A stretch of 64,000 nucleotides of DNA, from IMG/VR virus record IMGVR_UViG_3300046819_000361; one strand, given 5' to 3'. Position numbers and translations under genes: made by a program. Below the pieces are notes generated by a model. The model did no database searches. It saw only the letters and a program-made list of their open reading frames with translations, and was not told the origin of the DNA. The DNA is from a virus (taxonomy: Duplodnaviria; Caudoviricetes). Positions 36,232 to 46,136 of this stretch are shown here, in pieces (position 1 is the stretch's first letter; each line of letters opens with the position of its first letter).

Positions 36232-36535
36232 CAAAGGTATCTGGATCTGCGAAGATATTGAAGGTAATACAGGAAAAGGCAGAACACCACGAGAAGCGTG
36301 GTATGAATATAAAATAAAAATTGTTGACAAGATAATGGAGCTGGTGTATAATAATGAAACATTTAGTTGAAGGCATGGCGGTAGTATTGTTATTGGGCAT
36401 ATGTGTAGTATTATATGCAGAGCGCCAGCGAAGACTACCAATGCCAGATAAGCATACGGTGGAAGTTGAGCAGGTTGAAGATAAGCAACCGCCTATGTAC
36501 ATAATGCAACCAGTAAGATCAAAATAGGAATAACC

Positions 36536-36745
36536 ATGACCAACGTACCAGAAGATTCAATGTTAAGACGACATTATTTAACCGAGTTAAGAAACAAACA
36601 AACTGCCAATTTCGATGCCTTTATTAGTGCGACTAAAACGGTATTAGAGCCGGAGAGTGAAGTACATTATTATCCATTTTGGAGTAATGCAGTATTATTA
36701 CCTTTGATTGGTTTTGTATTCATGATGTGTGTAGTATTCCTATGA
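36536..36745 (+). CDS. Hypothetical protein with C-terminal TM helix
   Basis: PEDSMLRRHY motif; hydrophobic tail. Confidence 0.65.
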   Translation: MTNVPEDSMLRRHYLTELRNKQTANFDAFISATKTVLEPESEVHYYPFWSNAVLLPLIGFVFMMCVVFL

Positions 36746-36958
36746 AACAATGGCATAATGGATTATTAGAAGATATATTAATGGTTATTTCAGCATTGAT
36801 GCCATTAGTAATGACTACAGGATTAGTTTGGTTGCTTTATCTTGTATTACAATGAAAGAGTTCTTTAACAATTTGGGAATATCGATCATACTTACATTAG
36901 TAACGGTATTAGTAGTATCATTGCTTTATGCTCTTATATTTAAGACTTGAGGATTCTA

Positions 36959-37312
36959 ATGGATGATCAATTAGAAAAAAGAAAACAAGAAATCATGCAA
37001 GCGTATGAAGCAAGTAATGATAAAGCGGCATTTGAAGCGGCAATCCATGAAATTGGTGATTTGTCAAGGAAAATGACTGAAATAGTCAAAACTGCTCGAA
37101 AAAGAATGATTGACAAAGGATTATTGGAAGCCACTGATGAAGATGCAGGAATTAACATGGAAACACAACTTAAAGAAAAAATCGGTGATACTGTCAATGG
37201 TGAATCTATAACAAGCATTCAGCAAGATGAATATAACAACTGGGTTGACATCCATAATTCAGCTATAAGATTGAATGAATTACTAGACAAATTGAAAGTA
37301 ACACCAAAATGA
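36959..37312 (+). CDS. Hypothetical protein
   Basis: GAGGA RBS. Confidence 0.7.
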   Translation: MDDQLEKRKQEIMQAYEASNDKAAFEAAIHEIGDLSRKMTEIVKTARKRMIDKGLLEATDEDAGINMETQLKEKIGDTVNGESITSIQQDEYNNWVDIHNSAIRLNELLDKLKVTPK

Positions 37313-37587
37313 AAATTTCTGAAATATTAGACGCTGAAAATAGCATCGATGATATGCTTGATTCGATAAAGTTTTCCTCATTGCCGACTATCGATAAATT
37401 TATCGATAATATATTAGGATTTACTAATAATTTTAATGTACCAGTCGATGTATTTAATGATGAATTAATTCAAGAAATGTTAGATGAGGCAACTCATCTA
37501 AAATCGGTATTAGAAAAAGAATTTGATGATGGTTCTAGGTGGATTGTAAAGATAAATGCTGTAATTGCATATCTATCTGGTAATTAA
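37309..37587 (+). CDS. Hypothetical protein (MKISEILDAE N-terminus)
   Basis: ATGA overlap. Confidence 0.7.
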   Translation: MKISEILDAENSIDDMLDSIKFSSLPTIDKFIDNILGFTNNFNVPVDVFNDELIQEMLDEATHLKSVLEKEFDDGSRWIVKINAVIAYLSGN

Positions 37588-37619
37588 ACTTGATAAGTAA
37601 GAAAATTGTAGTATAATGT

Positions 37620-37715
37620 AATTCATCATGATAAGCCTCTTAACAATGCTCAAACCGATCATGATTAAAAAACCCTATCATGCCTCTTGACAATGCACAA
37701 ACTGATAGGGTTAAA
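37620..37715 (+). ncRNA. Candidate twin-hairpin small RNA
   Basis: promoter TTGATA..TATAAT; two stems each looping GCCTCTT(A/G)ACAATGC(T/A)CAAAC. Confidence 0.45.
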
Positions 37716-37778
37716 ATAAAGATTGACAATGTAGTAAAATGTAGTATAATAAATAACATATAAATTAGAGTGTTTTGT

Positions 37779-37852
37779 GGATCTATAATTTAAACGGAAA
37801 AAATACTCGACTCATAATCGATGAGATTTCGGATCATACCCGAATGGATCCA
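37779..37852 (+). tRNA. Atypical tRNA with CAT anticodon (Met/Ile2-like), no encoded CCA
   Basis: GGATCTA/TGGATCC acceptor, ATTT/AAAT D arm, TCGA-CTCATAA-TCGA anticodon arm, TTCGG-ATCATAC-CCGAA T arm; promoter TTGACA-16-TATAAT at 37723-37750. Confidence 0.6.
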
Positions 37853-37865
37853 CAAAACACTTTAA

Positions 37866-38023
37866 AATCAACAACTTACGAAAAATTGCCCTTCCTACGT
37901 GAATAGAATGGGCAATGATACTGCAAAAACAATTTCATGCAACACTTTTTTAGTTAAGTTATTGATTTATAAGGAAAAAGTGATTTAAGTGAATTCATTT
38001 TCCTTACATGTAAGTCATTGATT
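37866..38023. promoter_or_regulatory. Three IHF-consensus sites (WATCAANNNNTTR)
   Basis: 37866-37878 (+), 37955-37967 (-), 38011-38023 (-). Confidence 0.55.
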
Positions 38024-38036
38024 TTTATAGAGTTTT

Positions 38037-38801
38037 TTATCTAGTAATTCTTGATTGAATGAGTTTATCATACAATGGATGATTTAACGAATCTTCTGTT
38101 ATTGTATCACTTTTGATGATATTATCAATAGCCCATAATGGTCTTAAATTAGTATAATGATTTAACATTATTATTTCATGTTCCGATTGAGCAAACGCAA
38201 TTGGTATAATGTGGTCAATATGCCATTCACCATTAGTAGACCATGTCATGCCTTCTAAAAACTGCTTTTCAATATGTGTTTTAAACTCATCATAACTACA
38301 ACCTAATATCTCATAAGTTATAGATGTCTTTTTATATCCATTTCTAGTTATTGAACTCTTAATAAGAACTCTTATTCTTTTTCTTATTTGATATAACGTA
38401 TCAGTCAACATTCTTTCTTTATGACGAAGTGAGCGCTGTTTATTATACATATCTGTATTAGCTAATCTATATTGTTTTATCTTGTCTTTATTGGCAATAT
38501 AGTGTTCTTTTTTGTATTCTGCAATTTTGTCTTTATTGGCAATATAGTGTTCTTTTTTGTATTCTGCAATTTTGTTTTTATTAGATTGGTAATAAAGTTT
38601 ACTGTTGTCTTTATTAGTTTTATAATACAATTTACATGTTTCTTTTCTTTTTGAATGATTGGCTAAAACGTATTCTTTTGAACATGATTTGCATTGGTAT
38701 TTGTAACCATCTTTAGTATTTTTATCTTTATAAAAATTTTCTATTGACTTTGTAGTGTTGCATTTGTTACAATGCTTCTGATGTATTGGATAAATACCCA
38801 T
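38037..38801 (-). CDS. HNH homing endonuclease with 15-aa tandem repeat
   Basis: CNKC/CKSC, KIAEYKKEHYIANKD x2, WHIDHIIP...NHYTNLRPLWA. Confidence 0.85.
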   Translation of the reverse strand: MGIYPIHQKHCNKCNTTKSIENFYKDKNTKDGYKYQCKSCSKEYVLANHSKRKETCKLYYKTNKDNSKLYYQSNKNKIAEYKKEHYIANKDKIAEYKKEHYIANKDKIKQYRLANTDMYNKQRSLRHKERMLTDTLYQIRKRIRVLIKSSITRNGYKKTSITYEILGCSYDEFKTHIEKQFLEGMTWSTNGEWHIDHIIPIAFAQSEHEIIMLNHYTNLRPLWAIDNIIKSDTITEDSLNHPLYDKLIQSRITR

Positions 38802-38964
38802 GTGATGACCTCCTAGTCGTTACTGCCAATGGGTATTCCACTACCGCGATTGGCTTTTTTTGTGCTTTGTATTTATCTTTATGCTTGACAATAGTATGAA
38901 TTATTGATACTATACAACTCTTAAAAAATATTATTTTAATAGGCAACTGTAAAGGGAACTTTGA

Positions 38965-39756
38965 ATGAAAGATATAGAAACTGATGATCAAATAATTGAA
39001 CGACTACGAGTGAGATTTGAATGTCTCGAAGATATGACACGAGCAGTAAAAGGTGGTAAGGTCAGATCAATGATAGTATCTGGTAGTCCAGGTGTTGGCA
39101 AATCATTTGGTATTGAAAAAGTATTAGGGTATCATGATTTATTTGCAACTATTGCGAACGATCAATCATTGAAAAAATATGAAATCGTAAAAGGTGCAAT
39201 GTCACCATTAGGATTATATGTTAAATTACATCAATTCAAAAATGACAAAAATGTTCTAGTAATTGATGATTGTGATAATATCTATAGCGATGAACAATCA
39301 TTAAATTTATTAAAAACGTGTTTGGATACTGGAAAGAAACGAGTAGTAAGCTGGAATTATGATAGCTATAAATTGAAAGACGAAGGTGTACCAAATTCGT
39401 TTGAATTTAATGGCGGTATCATATTCATTACTAATGTTGATTTTGATCACGTTAAAAGTAGAAAGATAAAAAGCCATTTAAAAGCATTGGAAAGCAGATG
39501 TCATTTTATCAACTTAACTTGTCATTCCAATAGAGAAAAGTTATTGAGAATTAGACAAATTGTTAATGATGGGATGTTAGATGGTCATGGCATAGATAAT
39601 GAAAAAAAGCTTGACGTAGTTGATTTTATATGCGATAATCATACTGCATTACGAGAATTATCATTAAGAACTGTTATTAAAGCTGCTGATTTGGCTAGTT
39701 CTTTTCCAGATCGATGGAAGGACGTAGCTAAAATAACATTAATGAAAAGTCGTTAA
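38965..39756 (+). CDS. Phage AAA+-type P-loop ATPase
   Basis: GSPGVGKS Walker A, LVIDDCD Walker B, FITN, ALESR. Confidence 0.85.
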   Translation: MKDIETDDQIIERLRVRFECLEDMTRAVKGGKVRSMIVSGSPGVGKSFGIEKVLGYHDLFATIANDQSLKKYEIVKGAMSPLGLYVKLHQFKNDKNVLVIDDCDNIYSDEQSLNLLKTCLDTGKKRVVSWNYDSYKLKDEGVPNSFEFNGGIIFITNVDFDHVKSRKIKSHLKALESRCHFINLTCHSNREKLLRIRQIVNDGMLDGHGIDNEKKLDVVDFICDNHTALRELSLRTVIKAADLASSFPDRWKDVAKITLMKSR

Positions 39757-39759
39757 AGA

Positions 39760-39956
39760 TTCGCCAAATATTACCCATGCTCCGGTAATATTTGGCAATA
39801 CCCCTGCTCCTGACGCAACTGCTCCTGCGATCAGTTGAGCAACCCTAGGCATTCAATATTATATATCATTTGCTCCGGTAATTAATATTGAATCGCTACT
39901 ACCCCTCAACCCCTATTAGTATATCATTTGCTCCGGTATGCTAATAGGGGTTTTTC
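39760..39956 (+). ncRNA. Multi-hairpin RNA with anti-RBS (TGCTCC) loops ending in an intrinsic terminator
   Basis: 5 TGCTCC copies; stems GCCAAATATTACC/GGTAATATTTGGC, ATTCAATATTA/TAATATTGAAT, AACCCCTATTAG/CTAATAGGGGTT + T run. Confidence 0.65.
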
Positions 39957-40016
39957 TACTTGACAACCCAGATTGCTAGCTGTATCATGTACACATCATA
40001 ACGCGGAGTATTAAGT

Positions 40017-40247
40017 ATGTTAACATTTAATCTAAATGGCAATATCTTGGAAGTCATCGAAACTACTATGACATTCCATCAAGACTTGAAATCATATTGG
40101 TATTATGATCTAGTGAGCTGGCGCAAATCAAGCACTGGTAGACAAGGTGCGATGATCGACCGCGATATTGAGCCTTGGCAGATTGAATGGATTAAAAAAC
40201 ATTATTATTCAAAAGTCGGGTTGACATCAGATTTGGGTGCTGTATAA
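40017..40247 (+). CDS. Hypothetical protein
   Basis: own promoter module. Confidence 0.7.
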   Translation: MLTFNLNGNILEVIETTMTFHQDLKSYWYYDLVSWRKSSTGRQGAMIDRDIEPWQIEWIKKHYYSKVGLTSDLGAV

Positions 40248-40274
40248 TACAACCATCTTAAGAAGGAGCGAAGT

Positions 40275-40451
40275 ATGAACACTTACACAGTTATCTTATC
40301 TTATCACAATGGCAAACGTTCGTTTGTTGATAAGATTTTTAAAAACATCACGGCTGATAACCTTATTCAAGCTGGTGAATTGGCATTAGCCAATTGGAAT
40401 AAACCGGATGCAGTTATCAATATGTGCTGGCTCAACTGGAGTAAAGCATGA
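40275..40451 (+). CDS. Hypothetical protein (58 aa)
   Basis: own promoter, AAGGAG RBS. Confidence 0.65.
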   Translation: MNTYTVILSYHNGKRSFVDKIFKNITADNLIQAGELALANWNKPDAVINMCWLNWSKA

Positions 40452-40651
40452 CATACCAACAACCAGCATTAGGTACATTAAATGCACGGTTAACCCCAGC
40501 AGATAAACCTACTGTTATCGTTAAAATGTTTAAGTTCGATAGCATTAGACAGGAAGCCTACTGGGTTACACAATACGTTAAACAGTTCAAGACCATTGAA
40601 CAAGCCAATAATTATATAAATCGAGTGATGGAGCAAAAAAATGATTTATAA
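40448..40651 (+). CDS. Hypothetical protein
   Basis: ATGA-coupled. Confidence 0.65.
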   Translation: MTYQQPALGTLNARLTPADKPTVIVKMFKFDSIRQEAYWVTQYVKQFKTIEQANNYINRVMEQKNDL

Positions 40652-40828
40652 AGACTTATTAAACCAACTTAACCAAATGTCGCAAGAAGACTTAAATAAA
40701 CCTGTGACTGTTCTTTTAGTTGAGGCTGGAGAGTTTTTGGGTGCATGGGGTGATCTTGTATATTCAGATGAATCTGACACATTAGAAGTCGGCACACCCT
40801 ATTTAATGATTGATTAAAGGAATAAAAC

Positions 40829-41074
40829 ATGAAACAGGAATATAGAGATTTATTAGCAAGAATTCAACGTCCAGCAATCAAAGCTGAATTAATCGCATAT
40901 GCTAGACAAGTAATCGAGAATGATGGTAACCTAACAGACGATTGGTTTTCATTCAATGATTGGATTGACATTAACGTATTTGATAACATCAATGCTACTG
41001 CTTACCCAGTAATATTAGGTGAACCATCAACAGAAAAAGGTATAAAGTTAATTGTTGACAATATAGACCAATAA
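40829..41074 (+). CDS. Hypothetical protein
   Basis: AAGGA RBS. Confidence 0.7.
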   Translation: MKQEYRDLLARIQRPAIKAELIAYARQVIENDGNLTDDWFSFNDWIDINVFDNINATAYPVILGEPSTEKGIKLIVDNIDQ

Positions 41075-41108
41075 CAGTATTATACAGTTTTTATCTGGAG
41101 CATAACCT

Positions 41109-41417
41109 ATGAAATACGAAACAATTAAAACCAAAATGAAAATTCATATTGATAATCAATTTGAACAACACGGCTTTGATCTTTCAACCCATGCTATTAG
41201 ATTATTTCTTGATAGAAAACCATTAGATTACTACAAAAAGAAAAAATACGCTAAAGAAGCGTGTTTTGAAATCATTGACAATTGGGATGTTCGCGCGGTA
41301 CCATCACTGTTCACAATGTTTCCAACCGTTTACCCATCAATGGTAGGAAAACCATTAGTCATCACCTATGATGAAAATGGTGAATGGGTAGTAGAAAAAG
41401 CAAAACAAACAGCTTGA
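41109..41417 (+). CDS. Hypothetical protein
   Basis: own promoter, GGAGCA RBS. Confidence 0.7.
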   Translation: MKYETIKTKMKIHIDNQFEQHGFDLSTHAIRLFLDRKPLDYYKKKKYAKEACFEIIDNWDVRAVPSLFTMFPTVYPSMVGKPLVITYDENGEWVVEKAKQTA

Positions 41418-41473
41418 CATTGATTTGGGGTTATGTAATAATAGCCCCATCTTAACTCGATGGAGCAAAAATC

Positions 41474-41833
41474 ATGAAAGTATTCGTATATTTCAACCTA
41501 CACAAAAAATTGTTTAGTATCAAAGCAATGGAAGGTGAAAACAAAGGTAAGGTGATCGGTCACTCACCAGTGGTATTATTGGATGATGTAACCTTTAAAG
41601 TATCCGAAGCAGGTAGACAGCGTGTTATCAGAGAACGCAAAAAGAATGTTCATGCAGGTGTAATGGGACACCTTAACGCACAAGGCATAAGATTAGTAAT
41701 TGCGACCCGTGATCTAACAACCAAAGTAACTTATAACCCATACAAATATCAATCATTCGTTGAGGTTGAAACATCTGAGCCGGTATTGACTGCTAACAAT
41801 GCATTGTTAGTGAACAAACGAATTTATATTTGA
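41474..41833 (+). CDS. Conserved-type phage protein (VYFNLHK...KNVHAGV...YNPY)
   Basis: motif pattern, own promoter module. Confidence 0.75.
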   Translation: MKVFVYFNLHKKLFSIKAMEGENKGKVIGHSPVVLLDDVTFKVSEAGRQRVIRERKKNVHAGVMGHLNAQGIRLVIATRDLTTKVTYNPYKYQSFVEVETSEPVLTANNALLVNKRIYI

Positions 41834-41893
41834 TTGACATCATGCTGGGGTTATGTAATAATAACCCCATCTTAACACAGCGGAGCAAACGCA

Positions 41894-42103
41894 ATGACAC
41901 CAGAACAAACAAAACGTTTATTACAAGGGGCATCATTCCTATCGATTGAAGGTGAATTTTATCGAATAGACCTTTGTGATGAAACCGAATTTTATTACAC
42001 TGATGAAGACAGTGGTGAACAATATTGTGATACCTATGATAAGATTGATTTGTATAACCCAGAAGTTGAGATATACAAACTTGAAAAAATAAACATTAAG
42101 TAA
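41894..42103 (+). CDS. Hypothetical protein
   Basis: own promoter module. Confidence 0.7.
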   Translation: MTPEQTKRLLQGASFLSIEGEFYRIDLCDETEFYYTDEDSGEQYCDTYDKIDLYNPEVEIYKLEKINIK

Positions 42104-42162
42104 TTGACACCAGTTTGGGGTTATGTAATAATAACCCCATCTTAACATGATGGAGCAAAGCA

Positions 42163-42711
42163 ATGAACAAATACCATGTCAACCTGCAAGAAAAATTAGA
42201 TGATGAGTTTTTAGATAAAATGTGGTTTGAATGTGATGCTGATAATGCAGAACACGCCAAAGAACAAGCCACCAATGCTTATCCTGATTGCAAAATCAAT
42301 GCAGTTCAAACCAGTATCACATGGACAGAATTCGAGGAAAGATTCAAACCAATCAAGAACCATTTAGATGATAATGCCTCATTCGATGGTTATATGTTTG
42401 AAACATTTGATTCTGAGCTTGATGCAGTCAAACAGGCATATAGTGTCAATCGTGATACTGTTTGGACGGTTATGTGTGATTCAGGTAATGTCGATGTTTC
42501 TAGTGGGTTTTACTTTTGTAATCGTCTAGGTTACATTATCACAGAGATACCAGCAGATTGCACCATTGATGTTATCAATGACGATTATAACGAAATTACA
42601 GAGTTCTACGATTACGAATGTCCATCATGTAATAGTTACATCAATGGTGACCCAAAAGTTGGTGATTCATGCTCGTGTGGCTTTGTATTCACAATGGAAG
42701 ATTACGATTAG
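42163..42711 (+). CDS. Hypothetical protein with C-terminal zinc ribbon
   Basis: CPSC...CSCG; own promoter module. Confidence 0.75.
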   Translation: MNKYHVNLQEKLDDEFLDKMWFECDADNAEHAKEQATNAYPDCKINAVQTSITWTEFEERFKPIKNHLDDNASFDGYMFETFDSELDAVKQAYSVNRDTVWTVMCDSGNVDVSSGFYFCNRLGYIITEIPADCTIDVINDDYNEITEFYDYECPSCNSYINGDPKVGDSCSCGFVFTMEDYD

Positions 42712-43426
42712 TAGTTGACAGCATTTTGGGGTTATGTAATAATAACCCCATCTTAACACAGCGGAGAAAATACAATGTCAGAAAAAATGATTGAATATCT
42801 AATTGAATTAGCTAAAAACAACGATGATTCAGAAACACTTGATGACTATGCACAAGGTCAAGTTGATTTAGCTAAACATATCTTGTATGATATGGATATT
42901 GAAGTCGAATAAGCACTTGACAGCATTCTGGGGTTATGTAATAATAGCCCCATCTTAACACACCGGAGCGAACACCATGACACCTATTACAATTGAACAA
43001 AAACGTGATGCAGTTATCAACGACACATTCGATACTTGTTTAAATGATAGTGGTTATTTATTATCAGTTATTCAGGATTTGTACCGTGATAAATCCGATG
43101 AAGAAATCGAACGAGCTTATAACGATGCTTTCGATTTTTAATTGACATAAACAATGGGCTATGAAATAATAACCCCATCTTAACACAACGGAGCAAACCA
43201 TGACATCTTACAAAGTAACTTATACCATTGACGTTGATGCTGAAAGTGCATTAGATGCAGCATTGGAAGTTGAAGAATACTTAAAAAACCCATCCAGCAG
43301 ACCTTACTTAACAGTATCATCATCAACTGAAACTGTTGATATTGATTTAGAAGATCTAGTCTAGTTGACAAATCATTAATGAGCCATTATAATGATGGCT
43401 CTTTTCAAACATTCGGAGCAAACGAT

Positions 43427-43972
43427 ATGCCAAATTGGTGTCAAAACACAGTAACATTCACCCACAACGATGCTACACAATTAAACAGATTGGTGGAAGC
43501 TGGTAATTCAGGAAAGCTATTTAATGAGTTCGTACCAGTGCCTAAAGCATTGTTCAAGATCATCAATACCAGACTTGGCGATAAACGCAGATTTAGACGG
43601 TCATTACGCATTACAACCCGTAATGAAAAGAAGTATAGCTATGCTAGTGCTTATTACTTTTGCAAAGCAAATTGGGGTACAAAGTGGGATGCTGATTGCT
43701 TCACGTTATATGATAGCGGTGTAGGTCATGTCAGAGTCGGATTTAATACCGCTAATACACCACCAATTGAATTCTATAATCAAATGGTTGAGCTTGGCTT
43801 TGGTGTCGATGCCTTTTATTATGAAGGTGGCAATTGCTATTGTGGTGAGTATTGTGATGGCTCATACACTGATTACGAATGGGATGACCTAGAATCAGCT
43901 AAAGCTAACATTCCCGACTATATCGATGAAGAATTCGCCATTACCGAGAACATGGAAGAATACGAAGAATAG
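43427..43972 (+). CDS. DUF1281/Api92-like ferredoxin-fold protein
   Basis: MPNWCQN...NWGTKWD...FNTANTPP...YYEGG..YCG. Confidence 0.75.
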   Translation: MPNWCQNTVTFTHNDATQLNRLVEAGNSGKLFNEFVPVPKALFKIINTRLGDKRRFRRSLRITTRNEKKYSYASAYYFCKANWGTKWDADCFTLYDSGVGHVRVGFNTANTPPIEFYNQMVELGFGVDAFYYEGGNCYCGEYCDGSYTDYEWDDLESAKANIPDYIDEEFAITENMEEYEE

Positions 43973-44034
43973 TTGACAATTACATCAAGAGCCATTATAA
44001 TGATGGCTCTTTTAACGCATCTGGAGCAAATCAA

Positions 44035-44235
44035 ATGGCTAGAATTGAAATCGAATACCAGTATAACGAATCAGCACCTAATGAGCAAGTCGCGGAAGAA
44101 CGCAATGACCATGCGATTGAACGTATTGCAAACGCTTTAGAAATGGGGCTTGTTCAAGGCGAATTGAATTATTATGATTCTGATTCTGACATTGATTATC
44201 ATGGTTGGTATTCAATAGTTCACTTCGTCGATTAG
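44035..44235 (+). CDS. Hypothetical protein
   Basis: own promoter module. Confidence 0.7.
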   Translation: MARIEIEYQYNESAPNEQVAEERNDHAIERIANALEMGLVQGELNYYDSDSDIDYHGWYSIVHFVD

Positions 44236-44293
44236 ACTTGATAGGCACATAATGCTAGCTGTATTGTGTGCCATTACTCATGCAGGTAAACAC

Positions 44294-44476
44294 ATGGCAA
44301 CTATACTAGCAGTTATTCTAATTTTAGCAATCCTTTGGCTAGTGCTGGAAATATCAATCATTCTAATGATTGGCTTATTCATTGTGGCAGCGTTTGGTAG
44401 TCATACCGAAGCTGGCAATCTAATTGGTTTTATTGGCTTGATAATCGCTGGTTATGCAATGGTAGGCGAAGCATGA
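44294..44476 (+). CDS. Small membrane protein
   Basis: 2-3 hydrophobic helices. Confidence 0.6.
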   Translation: MATILAVILILAILWLVLEISIILMIGLFIVAAFGSHTEAGNLIGFIGLIIAGYAMVGEA

Positions 44477-44715
44477 AATATGATGATTTATACACCAACG
44501 CAAAGAATACCAAACCAGTTTATAACATCAAAAAACATATTGTAGTTGATTCTAAAGTGGTTTATAATACAGGCAAACCACCATACGAAACCACGGTTAT
44601 ATTTTATGTAATGGCGGCTTTTATTTTACTATGTGCATTGCATAACGCAATATCAATAGTATTAACAATTTACAATGGTATTTTAGATTTATTTGGAGCA
44701 GATGATGACTATTGA
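44473..44715 (+). CDS. Hypothetical membrane protein
   Basis: ATGA-coupled, hydrophobic segment. Confidence 0.6.
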   Translation: MKYDDLYTNAKNTKPVYNIKKHIVVDSKVVYNTGKPPYETTVIFYVMAAFILLCALHNAISIVLTIYNGILDLFGADDDY

Positions 44716-44893
44716 TGATGTAATACAAGCAAAAACAAATCTAGGTAAGGTTATCAATTCCTTGGAAAACTTCAACCATATAGCCGAGATTGATGTACAA
44801 TTAGGAATCCCGACCAAAGTTAAACTGTTTGAGTTATATCGCCTATGTCAAGAATTCAGTGTTGAATTCGAGCGAATCGTACCAGATGAATAA
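44702..44893 (+). CDS. Hypothetical protein
   Basis: GGAGCA RBS. Confidence 0.6.
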   Translation: MMTIDDVIQAKTNLGKVINSLENFNHIAEIDVQLGIPTKVKLFELYRLCQEFSVEFERIVPDE

Positions 44894-44953
44894 AAGTTGA
44901 CAAGCAGTAATGCTAGCTGTATCATAGGCACAAATCAACATTGGAGCATATCA

Positions 44954-45103
44954 ATGCCAAATGGAAAAACAGCACGATATATTGTAAAAGTATGGGATGG
45001 TTATACTAATAGTTCCTTTGAAAGAATCGCTACTTATGATTATTTGGCTAATGTGTGCCGTGCTTATCCACCAAGTTATATTTGGAGCATAGAACCAGCT
45101 TGA
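44954..45103 (+). CDS. Hypothetical protein
   Basis: own promoter module; start corrected. Confidence 0.6.
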   Translation: MPNGKTARYIVKVWDGYTNSSFERIATYDYLANVCRAYPPSYIWSIEPA

Positions 45104-45155
45104 CAAGCAATAATGCTAGCTGTATCATAGGCACACATCAACACCGGAGCATCAC

Positions 45156-45392
45156 ATGTCAATAACAGAATTAAGAAAAGAGTTGAAAGCCATTGGTTTT
45201 AAAGTTAAACTGACCAGCATGAGTTGGGGCAGAGCCGCAACCTATACTGATATGGACGGCAACCAACGACCAATGATATTTTTTTGTGATGAAAAGATAA
45301 AAGCATGGCGGCCATTAACTCATTACATAAACGACAACCATGAAAGATTACGATCATTGGCTAATAGTGAAAAAATCACTGGCTTAATTTAG
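45156..45392 (+). CDS. Hypothetical protein
   Basis: own promoter module. Confidence 0.7.
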   Translation: MSITELRKELKAIGFKVKLTSMSWGRAATYTDMDGNQRPMIFFCDEKIKAWRPLTHYINDNHERLRSLANSEKITGLI

Positions 45393-45401
45393 GAGCGAAT
45401 T

Positions 45402-45725
45402 ATGTTATATGCATTTAGAATAGTTCAAGAAGACAACACCATTTCACATCATGGCATGGTTACAGCGAATTCCAATTATGATTTGTTTTGGATGATTGAT
45501 CAGTTTGTTGATCCTTATGCAGTAGAAGTTAAGAAGATCACCGGATTAACTGGTTTTTGTTCTCGCACACAGGAATTGATTGACGATGATGGTGATATGA
45601 CAACCCCTATCCCACACGAAGAAGGCGCAGATCTTGAATTCGCGGAGGAATTCACTAACACAATTAGTGAGTCAGATGGATGGTACAGACCAAAATGGAC
45701 TAAAAAACAAATAATTGGTTATTGA
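45402..45725 (+). CDS. Hypothetical protein
   Basis: AGGAG RBS. Confidence 0.7.
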   Translation: MLYAFRIVQEDNTISHHGMVTANSNYDLFWMIDQFVDPYAVEVKKITGLTGFCSRTQELIDDDGDMTTPIPHEEGADLEFAEEFTNTISESDGWYRPKWTKKQIIGY

Positions 45726-46136
45726 CACTGCCCTGCCCTACTGCGATAATAAACCACCTTAACAAACCGGAGCAAAAACAATGTATGACCGTTATTTGAT
45801 TTATGTGGCACAAGCCGAGGCATTAGGATGGTATGTTTTACCTTTCGATGAGTGGCTAAACAGTTAAAAAAGATTTGACAGGTTTAACATGAGTCGCTAT
45901 TATAGTGGCTCATTCAAACAACACCGGAGCAAATCAAATGAAAAAATTTAAACTGGATGGTTTAACAGGATACATTGACCAAAACAATTTTATTCGCTGG
46001 TCTACTATCAGTTGCCATTTTGACTCATTAGCTGATTGTCCGCTAAAAAAAGCAGCAGCTAAAGCAAAATAAAGTTTGACAATAGTTTAGGATGGTGCGA
46101 GAATAGCACCATCTTAACAAATTGATGGAGCAAATC

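Noticed and set aside
36226-36310. Apparent promoter plus GGA-containing small RNA
   Set aside because: The TTGACA lies within a plausible short ORF (MMKVERPRIKIDKG...) and lacks a good -10
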